The position numbers were made by a program, and so were the translations under genes. A stretch of DNA of 63,973 bases, counting the filler, from Piptocephalis cylindrospora (taxonomy: Eukaryota): the NCBI GenBank assembly GCA_003614145.1. It is 5 parts of 5 records of this genome, joined end to end, with 100 filler letters (N's around TTAATTAATTAA, not from the genome) between each part and the next. Parts side by side here need not be neighbours in the genome. Positions count along the whole stretch, not along the records: positions 13,099 to 26,043 come from KZ987952.1; 4 more parts are not named here. The stretch is one strand, 5' to 3'. The notes under the pieces were generated by a model. That model did not search any database and had not been told where the DNA came from. It saw only the letters and a program-made list of their open reading frames with translations. Below are positions 13,099 through 24,524 of the stretch, piece after piece. The number at the start of each line of letters is the position of its first letter. Positions within the stretch are counted from its first letter, which is position 1.

Positions 13099-13665
13099 TT
13101 TTTCTCTTTTCTCCTCTTTTCCTGTTTTCCCCTCTATAAGAGGAAGCTCTTTTTGTCCCCTTCCCCCAGACTTTGGAATAGACACCCTTTCGCCAGCTTC
13201 TTCCCTGTCCCCTCCTGTTCCCTCCGGTCTCCTGTTTCTGTCCCTGTTATAATATTGTTACACGCAAAAGCATTGTATGAGGTTGGGCATCATAGGGAGG
13301 CACTGTGAGACAACGTGGAAGAGTGTGAGACAGGGAGACGGGAAAAGGGGGAGAGAAAGGGAAAAAAGGGAATGTCTTTATTTCGGGGCGGAGGGTCACA
13401 CTGTGGGCACCAGTCTTTTATATACTGGTATTATCAGTGTGAGACGAAAAAGAGAAAAAAGAGAAAACATGAACATTATTATTATCACCACACATTTGGG
13501 ATAATTGTGTGGGTTGGATGTCTCGGTATAAAGACACCCTTATAGGTACTCTTACAAGTAATTTGAGGTATTTATACCACGTTATAATATGCGTGAGGCA
13601 GGGTGGGACAGGGAGACGGGAGGAGGAGAGAAAGAAAATATGTGTACTTTGGTGGTGGGATGGAC

Positions 13666-14824
13666 GTCTATTATTATACCCCCAGTGTAAGGATATGGGC
13701 AATTGGCTGGGTATTTTTTCAAGCAGTTTTCTGCATCGCATTTAACTGCTCTTGATCTACATGCATGGCTAGTATCAAGCACTTATATTTATTATTTTGT
13801 CCAGTATGGCGTACTTACTGCCAAAACATCACGTGGTTTGCATCATCTCCTCGGCCTAGAGTAAAGAGTCATAATGTATGTGAGCGGTTGCAATGGTGAG
13901 CGTGTCTAATGCTCTTTATGGTCATTAGCTAGAGTTAGCATGTTAGGGTTTTAGGGAAAAAATACTATACGGGTATGATGTTGATATTTTATAAAAGTTA
14001 CCTCTGACTTTGACGGGTGGCGGAGTTGGGTATAAAAGGCCGGTGATTCTTATTTTCAGTCTATTGGTTTCTTGTTTTCTTCTCTCTTCTTTCCACCATG
14101 TCGCTTCCTTCCTTCAGCCAACTTGCTCACATTTTCTTCCATGAAGATAGGTGCCTCTCTTTCCTCCGGGAAAGAGGCTGTTTCTACAACGAGTGGACCT
14201 GCCCCAAGTGCCAAGTCCAGATGGTCTATGAGGATGCACGACAGCGGTGTCGGTGCTGCAGTTGGAGGTGTGGGGAGGAGATCCCTCTGCGTCCCGGACC
14301 GCAGTACCACCATCCTCGAGGCGGCCATTACCTGCTATGTTCGGCCTGGTACTACCATCCACACGGACATGTGGCGTGGCTACAACGGGCTGTCCAGGAT
14401 CAACGGCTACCAACACTACACGGTCAACCACTCGGAGACGTTCAGGGACCCGGTAACCGGGGTCCACACCAACACCATTGAGGGGACCTGGGCAGGCATC
14501 AAAAGGGCCATTCCTCCAAGATGCTACACAAAGGACATGGCGGATGACCACCTGTGGGAGTTTATCTGGCGCCGCAAGAACAGGGCTCGTTTGTGGGATG
14601 CCTTTCTAGATGCACTGGCCGATGTGCACTTTGAATGAGGGGGTAGAGTGAGAGGGGGTCAAGAGAAATATATCTTCTTTTAGCCATAACTTCCCTTCTA
14701 GACATTCAAATGAAATGCTGTTTAGTGCATCGCGAAGCCCAATGTCTCAGGTATTGGTGTATGAAATATGAATCATGACGTCATACTAGAAGTCTCGTGA
14801 CGTCCCACTGGGGGTATAATAGAC
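13666..14824 (+). mobile_element. Merlin (IS1595/ISXO2-like) DNA transposon, internally deleted, with terminal inverted repeats
   Basis: Left TIR GTCTATTATTATACCCCCAGTG (13666-13687). Right TIR CACTGGGGGTATAATAGAC (14806-14824); the 16-bp core is a perfect inverse. TATAAAA at 14031. Transposase remnants lie inside. No TSD recognised. Confidence 0.85.
14098..14638 (+). pseudogene. Merlin/IS1595-family DDE transposase remnant
   Basis: An N-terminal Zn ribbon (CPKC..CRCCSWRC) from ATG 14098 joins out of frame near 14290 to VPDRSTTILEAAITCYVRPGTTIHTDMWRGY..VNHSETFRDPVTGVHTNTIEGTW..HLWEFIWRRKN. The region carrying the first catalytic Asp is missing. Confidence 0.9.
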
Positions 14825-14879
14825 TTGCTCCCAGGGGTCATACAGGGGTGATCCATAACCGACACTCTCCTCACTTTCT

Positions 14880-16100
14880 CCCACCTGCTGAAGAAACATC
14901 AGTTAAACCCAGTAGGGGGATCAACCATCCTGCTGGATCATGAAAGGGCTACGGTCGAGTGGATCAACATTACCTTGGGCAGTGGCGACCAGGATGGGGC
15001 TAGGGGGCTTTTGGCTGAGGGCAATTGTATCAAGGAGCTAGCCCCTGCGCCCAGTCTACGGTTCTCCACGAATCCCTTCCCCATACTTCGAGGACTCCGA
15101 CAAGGTGGTTCCCTCTCGCCCCTCCATTGCAGACTACGGAAAAGCCTCCAGGGCATGTAGGCCTTTGGGTCTCCCACAAGAGTCATGGCATACGCAGATA
15201 ATATTTTGGTGGCCAGAAGAGATGAAAGGGATTGAGAGAGCCTCTCGCAGGCCTTCAGTGTAAGGGGTTTACCCCCACTACCCCCTCTTCTCCCCTACCT
15301 CGCGCTCTACTGGTCTCCCCTCTTGGCATGGCTCCCTGGATCCTCCTCTTCAACTCCGACCCTCGCCCCCCCAGCAGTCCCCTTTTGAACATGGTTCCCC
15401 TTCTCCCCCCAAATTCCGACCTTCCGGCCCCATGGCTCTCCCCGCGGTTCCACAAACGCCAAGCCAAGTCGAGATGAGTCCGGCTTGACTCATCCCCCGT
15501 CAAGCCCCTGCCCCCCGTCTCACTCTGACCCTGCTCCCCCAAATCTACAAGAAACCCTCTGTTCTTGCTCTTTTTCCCATCCCCAGAATACATTCTCATC
15601 CTTTACCTGACTTTTCTGCCTTTCCTTCCTTGTTTCTCTTCCCTCCTCACATTCAGCCTGCACTCTGACGCCTCCAGTGTCAAGAGCAACGAGAATAAGA
15701 GCATGGTCCACCATCTCTCTGCCCCGCTCATCCAGGTTTTCCACCCCTCCATGCCTTCAGGGGAGAAATTTAGATATCTAGGGGTCCTGTTCAAGAAGGA
15801 GAGTGTAGACACCAGGTCAATGGAAGAAAAGATCCTGAGTGGCATACCCAAGAGAACAGAAGGATGGATGGGAAGAGACATCTTCTTGGCCGGTCGGATC
15901 CTCATCACCAACATGTGCCTCTCTTCCCGTCTCTGGCATGTGGCCAGGGTCATGGTTTTCTCCAATGACTTTCTCAAGCCCTCCGCCAGGCCCTAGAGCT
16001 CCCAAATAACAAAGGAGGAATGGGACTTCCCCCAACAGAAGTGCATGCGGATGCAATCCGAACCTTCTGGTGGAAGGATTTTACAAGAGACCCACCTCCC
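14880..16100 (+). mobile_element. Decayed L1/Tx1-like non-LTR retrotransposon, RT region
   Basis: RT motifs in order, with frameshifts: ILLDHERA(Y)GRVD (~14928-14965), LRGLRQGGSLSPL (~15086), VMAYADNILV (YADD decayed, ~15190), ASSVKSNENKS, FRYLGV, LAGRILITNMCLSSRLWHV. Confidence 0.85.
15259..15651. mobile_element. Solo LTR (393 bp) inserted in the L1-like RT
   Basis: Begins TGTAAGG and ends CCTCACA (TG..CA, imperfect inverted termini). Flanked by the 5-bp TSD TTCAG (15254-15258 and 15652-15656). Removal restores the RT frame SQAFSLHSDASSVKSNENKS. Confidence 0.88.
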
Positions 16101-16899
16101 CCATGGATTATTTTGGGGCTGGGCCTTTTACAACACCACTCTCAGAGAACCTCACCTTTTGACCTATGTGTAATAATGACATCATGATGAAGCTCCTTCA
16201 TTCCGCCAGGCCCCGAGTCAGGCTCCAGGTCAGGCCCCGAGTCTTCCCCTCATGTTTTCTCTCGCCTATAAAGGCGCTCTTCTCGCCCCTCTTCCCCCAG
16301 ATTATTGGAATAGAGATCAAACATTTTCCCCGCCTTTCTTGTCAGCTTATTACAACATTAAGTCAGGCCGCCAGTTCCCGAATCTAAGCCTTACTCGCTC
16401 TAACCTGATATGCCCCCTCTTTCCTTGCACTCTCATTTACAAAAGCTTCTTTTTTCCTTACTCTTCCCCCAGTCTATGGGAAATGCTTCACTATTTTACT
16501 CACTATCATCAGACCTCATTTTTCCCTTTGCCCCCTCACATTCAGCGTCTTAGCAGGGAGAGGTTCTTAAAACGGTGGCTAGCCTCCTATCTGCGTACTT
16601 TAACTATGCATATATTGGGCGCTTTAAGCATTGTCAGTCCTACTTCTATTGTTATCGTTAGCATGATGGTGTATCCTAGGGAAGTAGCGCATTTCCGGGA
16701 AAACGTGGCCCTTAATGGCTATATCTGCAGCTTTCCAGGATAAGTAATGCTCTACCCTCAATATTAGAGCGCCAAAGCTAAACTACATGCTTTTAGGGAT
16801 GATAATAATAGCGCGCGTTTTTGGATGAGCCTTAGAATACCGCTACGTTTGAAAATGCGTGTGTTTCACCCTAACCTACAAAATTCCTACGAAATTAAA

Positions 16900-19800
16900 C
16901 TTAACCTGAACCAGGTGAGGGATAAAGTATGGTTCCTCGAGCCCCTTATTAATCGTCTTTGTTATTTTCAATTATCTCCCAGTTCTTAAGATTTATGTAC
17001 CAACGGATGACTGACATCCGTATGAGGGGAATGCTTGTGGGAAGTCCCCTGAGCCAGACAAGGGGTCGAAGTAGAAAGAACCTCTCATGAACGAATGAAA
17101 CAAAGGATCATACCACACAGCACTCTAACAACATAACATAGCCCTAAATATAGGAAACCATCCGCCCGGATGATACCTTATGGGGCATATTTTGGACCGA
17201 CACTTCCAATGCGTTTGAAGACTAAGCCACTACACCTCTGATCCCATTCCCTGACGCGTTTACGCTTTCCCAACAATCGGACCCCTAGCAATATATAATA
17301 AGGATGCGATATCTTAAGTAAAAGTGATAATGGTAGGGAGAAATAACGCGACAAACGGACGGTTCGTCTGACAATGTTTAGTACAATAGTTAAGATTTCC
17401 CCTGGATGCGTTTTTAATAAATTTCATGGCAGTAATTTCCTAGAGGTATCCATAGAGCTGCGTCATATCGCTCTCTTAGCCATGGAATAATGTACTTATT
17501 ATCGAGATTAGCTTTGTGCGACATTTTTATATATCCAAAACACTATCTACTGCCAAGTTAAGGGCGGACAGTATATCGCTATAATACATTATGAAAGCAA
17601 TCATCACCACTGTTGACGGTGATTCATGTTCAACAAAAGCCTCTTTTGGTAGTTGGTAAACATCATTGTATCGATCTAATATGACCGTTGGTTGTTTCCT
17701 TATCGTTTGTGATATATTAATGCCTTCTTCCAAGTCTGGCAATAATCACGCTAAAAACTTAATAATGTTGCTCCTCTACGCAATCTACAGGTATGGAAAG
17801 TTGTAGGGGGAGGTAGAGTCGTGAAATATAATTGCACATTCGATGCGAGGTTTGTATGTAAATCTATATTTGCGGCTTTTGAAATTGCGGCCTAGATATC
17901 CCTAGTATGAGAGTGAGAAGCAGGGCTCACTTCCACATAGGCAATCTCTATTATTGTAGGTATCATTGCTGCACTATTCCAACCCGGAGGCTATATTGTT
18001 TCAATCTATTCAAGATCTCAATTTGCAACTTCTATTAAGCAAAAAAGGGTTAAAAATTACATGAGACATATGTATACCGCACCGGAGGTAGCGTATATAG
18101 GCGATACTTCCAGCATAGCGGGGCAATTTGCTGCATTCACAATCGTGCATATTTATGAATAGTAGTTGGTCATACCCCCCTTTAAAATATCTAGCGCTTC
18201 AGAGATGAATATAAAATATACATTACGGTATTCACCCTCATATACTGAGAGATAGGTAATTAGCTAGTGTGAGTGTAATTGAAAGTAGTATATCTGGGAT
18301 TAGAGCTTGCTGTATATAGCCTCGAAAATTTTGTGGTTAGTTATACTCAAGTGTATATAATATAACTGAAGCTGAGGGTTTAGCCTGGAGGGTAACACTG
18401 GCTCACCAACCTATAGGGTAGGAAAGGCTAAACGCTATATTTCCATTATTTTCTGTTAAATGCGCTTGCGGGCTCGTTTTATTGTATAATGGGATATCTT
18501 AATCCACTGCAATCCAATCCTTTTTAATTTCCCACTCTACCTCAGAGCTTTATTAGGGGAGCTATAATATTAAGAGACGGCTACCTGAGTATTTTCTGTA
18601 GTTAAATGTAAAATATGTAAGGCGAAGTTAGCCGTAGGATTTGTGCTTCATATTCCATTACATCCCCATTGTTGAAAGTCGGGCGAAACGGATGTATACA
18701 TAGCCACTACATCTAGAATCCTTGTGACCCCCAATACATTCACACGTTGAAGGGCTAATGAATAGCATTACGCTCTTGGTCCGCTGCAAATCGGGCTAGG
18801 TCAACTATTGGAAAGGATAATTATTATTGTATACCCACAATGGCATTGACCCATAATTTTCGCTATATTGATACTGCCTACAAGATGACCTAACAAGAGA
18901 GTAGTATGCTGGTCTAGCTCTCCCCAAAAGAAACCCCGGAGCCTTGGTGGGCGTCAAACAATTGGATCTACATTTGGTGACCCATATAATGAATCGGTGT
19001 AATATGTAGCCTACCATTTAGCCCTACCCTGCCATAACAGTACTTCTGTGGACATGTAGGGCGGTAGCATACTTAGTTTTGCCCTTTGAAGGTTGGTAAC
19101 TACTGCTTATCATATCTTATCTCTCTATATGCACCTCAATGGACCATACTATGGATGCATGCACTCGCGATTATTCCCATATACTATACTGCTCTGTATC
19201 TCTAAATTGGTAGGATGCATGTATGACCAAAATGGTGTCATTACTCCAATGTCAATCATATATACTGGAAATATGGATTTACCGTAACGTATTATTTATT
19301 AAATTAAATATCTACTACTAATCGCCCCTATGTAAACCATTTTAGGGTGATGAGTAAGCAAAGCAGCCCTGGTTAATGGAAATAGATACTCTACTCGGCA
19401 GTAATCCATAGGAAGTGGTCCTTGAGAATAGGAGAAAAGAAGCAAGGTTGTGAGATGGATGGAACGAGAAAAGTATGAGCTGAAGAATGGTATTTTTATC
19501 GGAAATACTTCCCTAGCACTATACCTTCCCAATGCATGTATGTATGGTGTTTTCTGGTGTGCGCACTGGTAATGCATTTATTGGACATTCAGATTCTACC
19601 CCCACGCATATCTAAATATCGAACATACCGGCACTTCCTCAAAAGTACATGTGCCCATACGCTTTAGGCTATATATTATTTCCAGGATATCTCACTGCTG
19701 CGGCCATAGGTATTGTCACCCTTCATCTCGCTAGTAAAAAGCCAGTCGCCCACTAGGCTCATATAATCTACAACTACTGGATAAATGTTTTCATTATTAC

Positions 19801-22800
19801 TAAGCCATCGAAGACGCTTTACCTCATCAGGATATGCTGGTTCTACACCATACAGCCAGTAGGATCTTGTAACAGGAATTATAGTTTTAGCTAGAAGCTG
19901 CTACCGCTGCCTATTGGGAATATAGCGAGGCGGGTGTAAGCAGTGTTAATAATGGCTAGATTAATTAACATTCGAAATGACGTCGAAACGCAGTAAAATG
20001 CAACGTCATCAGCAAGTTCAAGCTCACATACATATTAGTTGTCAATTTATTTCACCACGTCAGATACTGGGTAGCATCGGTTCTCCACTGAATTTTAAAT
20101 AGGCCTCTATTCTATAGCCGCTGCTTCCACTATTGATCGAATAAAAGTTCCGAAGATTAGTAAGCTGAGTGATTGCTAGATATGTGGGGTACTGGCACAT
20201 CAGCGCTTTTAACTGCATGGAAAGCCGAGCTTAGCATTAATGTTGTGGCAAGTAACTGGCTGATATTAAATAGCCCTTGTTTGCCATCATAATGCGGTGA
20301 GCCGGTGCTATGAACCGCACCATTTGCATAGCAGGTTAGTATAGTGCTACTGTTTCCCTTGGCCTTATATCTCAAGGGTTATCTCAGGGGTTAATTATTT
20401 AGGCTAATCAAGCGTGACTAGTGGTATAACCTCAGTGATATACACTATCGAATTCTGCCAAAGGTGACTCGGAAATAAATTAATCACTCGTTAAATAACT
20501 AGGGAATGCTACAATGGATCAACGTCTAATAGTAACTCCATTGGCGAAGTGAAACAAGATGACACATAATGTGGGTCAGTAGGGTTTATGGGCGTTGGTG
20601 AACTAGGTTATGATTTAACCGAATAATGCTGTATCGGTTGAAAGCATTGACTACAATATAAATGCTATAACATCATGATTCTAACTATTATATGCAGTCG
20701 ATACAACATCTATTTATCCATGGTCCCTTCAACCAAGTTGAATGACCGGAACACAGCTCTATATGTAGGCCTTAGCAATACAGCATGATGATAACTCTAT
20801 CCATCTGTAGGTATTATCTATTTGTTTGAAAGGGAATAACTCCTTTTCCAGAAAGCTATACCCGACTATGCCTGAAACGTCTACTGGGAGCCCCCATGAT
20901 TGTATCCAAATGTTCGCCGTAATATACCAATGAGTTCCAATATGAGGAGCGGGGATATCAGCTGGTATAAAGCAAATAATGGCCCTACCACAGATGCTGT
21001 GGAGAAAGTGATAATCTAATATTAAACAATAAATAGCATGAATGGGGTTATCGGTAGCTACATGAATAGATGGTGTAGCTTAAATAGTATGATGTAGCTA
21101 CAGATAAAAGTGAATATGCATGATACTATATAATAGTACATGCAGGGAATAGTCAGATTATCCCACTTAGCCACGTCATATTAAGCGCTATATGTCTAAC
21201 CGCAACAATGGATACCCTGAGCCATCAACACGAATGTATAACCAATTTCGTGACCTGTGGCAACTTACCATCCATGGGTACTATAAGCGACCACTCCTTC
21301 AAATGGAGTTGATAATACAATTAACAACCTACCTCTTCCAACTAAGCAAATGATTTCTCATGATTTAGAGGGCTGGGTAGATTACCTCTAACATCCCTTA
21401 CGGTAAATATACCTATCCACTAAGCCACCCGAAGACACAGTAAAGGGTTTCATGGCCATCACGCTCCAGTGTGCAGATACACGACCTCATTCTGTCCCAT
21501 ACAATGAAAGGGCTCAACACATGCATGCTATCCTCACCAGATGCACTCACTATCTTCCGAGTAGCCTACATAGCCGGCTATAATGTAGTACATACTTGCT
21601 GCAAACGCTATTTGATAGATAGCCGACTTTCAAGGTAATATATGGCCCATGTCAGCCGTATTACGGTACATATGCCAATATGATATAGTTCGGCAGTGTT
21701 GTACGTACGGTGGTCCCAAAACAATACCCTATGCTACCACCCATGGTAGGCTCCATTGACCCCATAAAATTGCAGTTATACCCTCTGCTATGATATACGC
21801 TAAAAAAAACTAATGATAGACTGATTACAAACCGGTTTTTAAAAAACGCCCTCTGTGACAGTGTCTCTAACTGGTCTATTGACAATTTGGACATTATACC
21901 AACCCCAAATTGTACCGTTCGGTTATCTTTAAATTATGATTGTGGTAAAGTGACGTTCCCCATACCACAGGCTGTGGTTAGCTTAAATGTTACACATACG
22001 CTGAACCTTATTGTAGCGGCAGTTATATACATTTTGCGCTACCTTATAACGGGTCCATGATTAATATCGATTAAGGTGGCTGAATGTTTCTATGGTTACA
22101 GGTTATTCATATTCCGGCGGAGGAACATGCAATTGGAGTTTTCTACCCTATAAATAGAGACATAATATAGTGCTCGTCCGAGTATGCGTAGCACTATGCC
22201 CTTAAATTATTAGAGGCTGCCGATATTGCAAAAGTTACACTTCATAAATGGGCATAACCTTACACGCCTGGTAAATGTGTGAAAAAGCATACCCCTGCAC
22301 ACATATGCTTCCAGTGATGCTGTCTTAAAAGATAGCTCATTCTAAAAGTATGAGATGTCTTGCCGTTGTAGGTACGCATTTTATATATATGTTCATCCAA
22401 ACAATCAAAATCAATGCCTGCTTATATTGGTAGGAAAACCAATCACTCAGTAATGGCATGTCGTTCTAAAAATGATTACTCTCAACAATTGCGGAAAGCA
22501 CTATGTTCATATTTTGGCGGATATCTTCGCTTCCAAAGGAGTAAATTGTGGACTATAAGAAAAAAATACACGGATAGCGAATGGTAATGCACCAGCTTCC
22601 AATCACCCCAAGAAACTATGTAATATTATATCATTGGCAGTTAACATGGATATGTTAACATAATATGTATTTACGCTTTTAACGTACGGCGAAGAGCGCT
22701 AGCAATGCTTACTACTAGATCTGAATACATGCGTTCATACCATAGGGAGTGAGCATACCCGTGTCGGCCCTACCTATATCACATTACTATATCTATTGTA

Positions 22801-23400
22801 GCATATTCATAGCCATCTGTTCTGCTGGCAAATGGCGTTGACGGATATAGCTGCCGATGCTCATGAATTAATACATACGAGCATGTTTTCTGCGTTAAAC
22901 CATTCTCCAATATGTGGGCTCTACCGCTAGCTTTTGGGCCTTAGAGGCAGTCGGTTTCAGAATCAGTAGCGCCCATGATGGAATATATCTTCGTTCTATC
23001 ATATATGTGCATTACGCGGCATTATTTCAGTAGGCATTGCATCCCATGCAGGCGTGGAATTCATAATATAACTATCAGGCATTCTGATATGGGGATAGGC
23101 CTTCATATTATGGCGCGATAATATTCCCCTGGTCCATGACTGCTATGTGAAGTTAATGTAAAGCCACACTTTGAGGGCCATACTCCATTATTTCAATGGG
23201 GTCAATTTGCCAATAGTATTCATTAAGCACCACATAGTGACAAAATTTGTCATACGATCTATCACCATTTTTCCATACTACTAGTAAATATTAATTTTGA
23301 GGTTTAACAATACATGCATGGAAATTACCTAGAAAGGACAATATAATATTCCTGGCTAAGGAACGTTGAAACGTTGTACTTCATATGCGCATGCCGCATA
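16900..23400 (-). pseudogene. Large decayed coding region of unknown, possibly viral, origin containing a macrodomain-like segment
   Basis: AT-richer than host genes; no ORF over ~100 aa; no obvious introns. Minus-strand frames read as protein across scattered stops and frameshifts. LDILKGGMTNYYS*ICTIVNAANC / RYAGSIAYIRYLRCG at ~18195-18076. Boundaries are approximate. Confidence 0.5.
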
Positions 23401-23459
23401 TAAGGCGGCCCCCAATAAACTGCAAACGAAGAGGATATTTACGTGATAAATTATCTATG

Positions 23460-23900
23460 CCCCCCCATCCCTGCTGCTTATCCCTTCCATTCTCAGAAGG
23501 TGGAGGAATATACCCACCAAAGACATGAGAATATCATTGAACTATGCTTTCAGAATAATACTTATACACCTAATAATAGGTGTGAGAGGGAAATGATGCT
23601 CCTAAAATTCCAAAGCATATTAATAAGGATAGTTTTATTATTAGGAATAGTATTAAAAATGCCCCCATTCGTAGATAATATCGGAAATGCCCCTTACCTT
23701 ACTACAGTATTTCAGGCATGCCCATCCCTTTGTCACAATCGTTTGAAGCCTAGCGCCTCCGCCCCAGGAGCATTATGGATACCACTTGCCCTCGGCTTCT
23801 AGCCTCCAAAAGGACAATGGAAAAGGATGGGAGGAGAGTCCCGAAATATTGGCACCCTACAACTAGTATCTCAGGGTACTAAACTGAACTAATCACTGAA
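23460..23900 (+). mobile_element. Possible further non-LTR retrotransposon fragment
   Basis: CLSLPFSEGGG (~23473-23505) resembles the post-RT LxLPxxxGGLG motif; otherwise degenerate. Confidence 0.3.
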
Positions 23901-24524
23901 AAGGGGCTGAAGGCCTGTCCCTATATTTGCTCTTCTATACTACTGCCATTACATATTTCCTTGTTTCATCTGATCCTTTGTGATGTAGGGTGGTAGAAAA
24001 TTATGTAGAAAAATTTTACGTCTCACCAGTGGTACAATAGCTTTCCCATTATCCATCTAATGCAGGGCAATGCAGGATAACATATCTCAAAAATGAATAA
24101 GGAACCACGATTGCATATATCTGTTGTCTATACCATAATTATCTACGGCATCAGACCATATGGAAAAATGAATGTATCGATTACGGACCATAAGGCAAGC
24201 ACTCCTAGAAGATACATGCAAGGAGGCACGTCTGATCAGAAGGATGAGGGGAGAGATGCTTCCTTACTCTAAAGAAAAAGCAACAGATGCTCCATGATAC
24301 ACCCTTCCATCCTCTCCATTGCGGATACCTCCCTATTGTGTAAGAAAAAGGGTTTGAAGTCGATACTCGTAGGATACATCCATGGTGATGATTAATAACA
24401 CTTGGACGCTGATAAAAGGCAGATGGCCCTCACGTGGTGCCGTTTCTATCATCTTTGGATAAAGTGATCTGAGATGCGCTAAAAGCCAATAGTTATTATT
24501 TCTAGGGAAAAATAATAGGACTAT

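Noticed and set aside
13942..13956. TTAGGGTTTTAGGG telomere-like sequence
   Set aside because: Only two imperfect units, internal to a transposon.
14114..14551. Overlapping long ORFs on both strands of the Merlin transposase
   Set aside because: By-product of high GC at third codon positions; only the plus frames carry transposase motifs.
18655..18675. NNGDV as a possible totivirus HNGDD polymerase motif (also LADDVAF near 20005)
   Set aside because: No upstream SGxxxTxxxN motif B or motif A found in any frame I translated, so an RdRp or RT cannot be claimed.
16900..23400. Alternative genetic code as an explanation for the in-frame stops
   Set aside because: All three stop codons and frameshifts occur, which fits decay rather than recoding.
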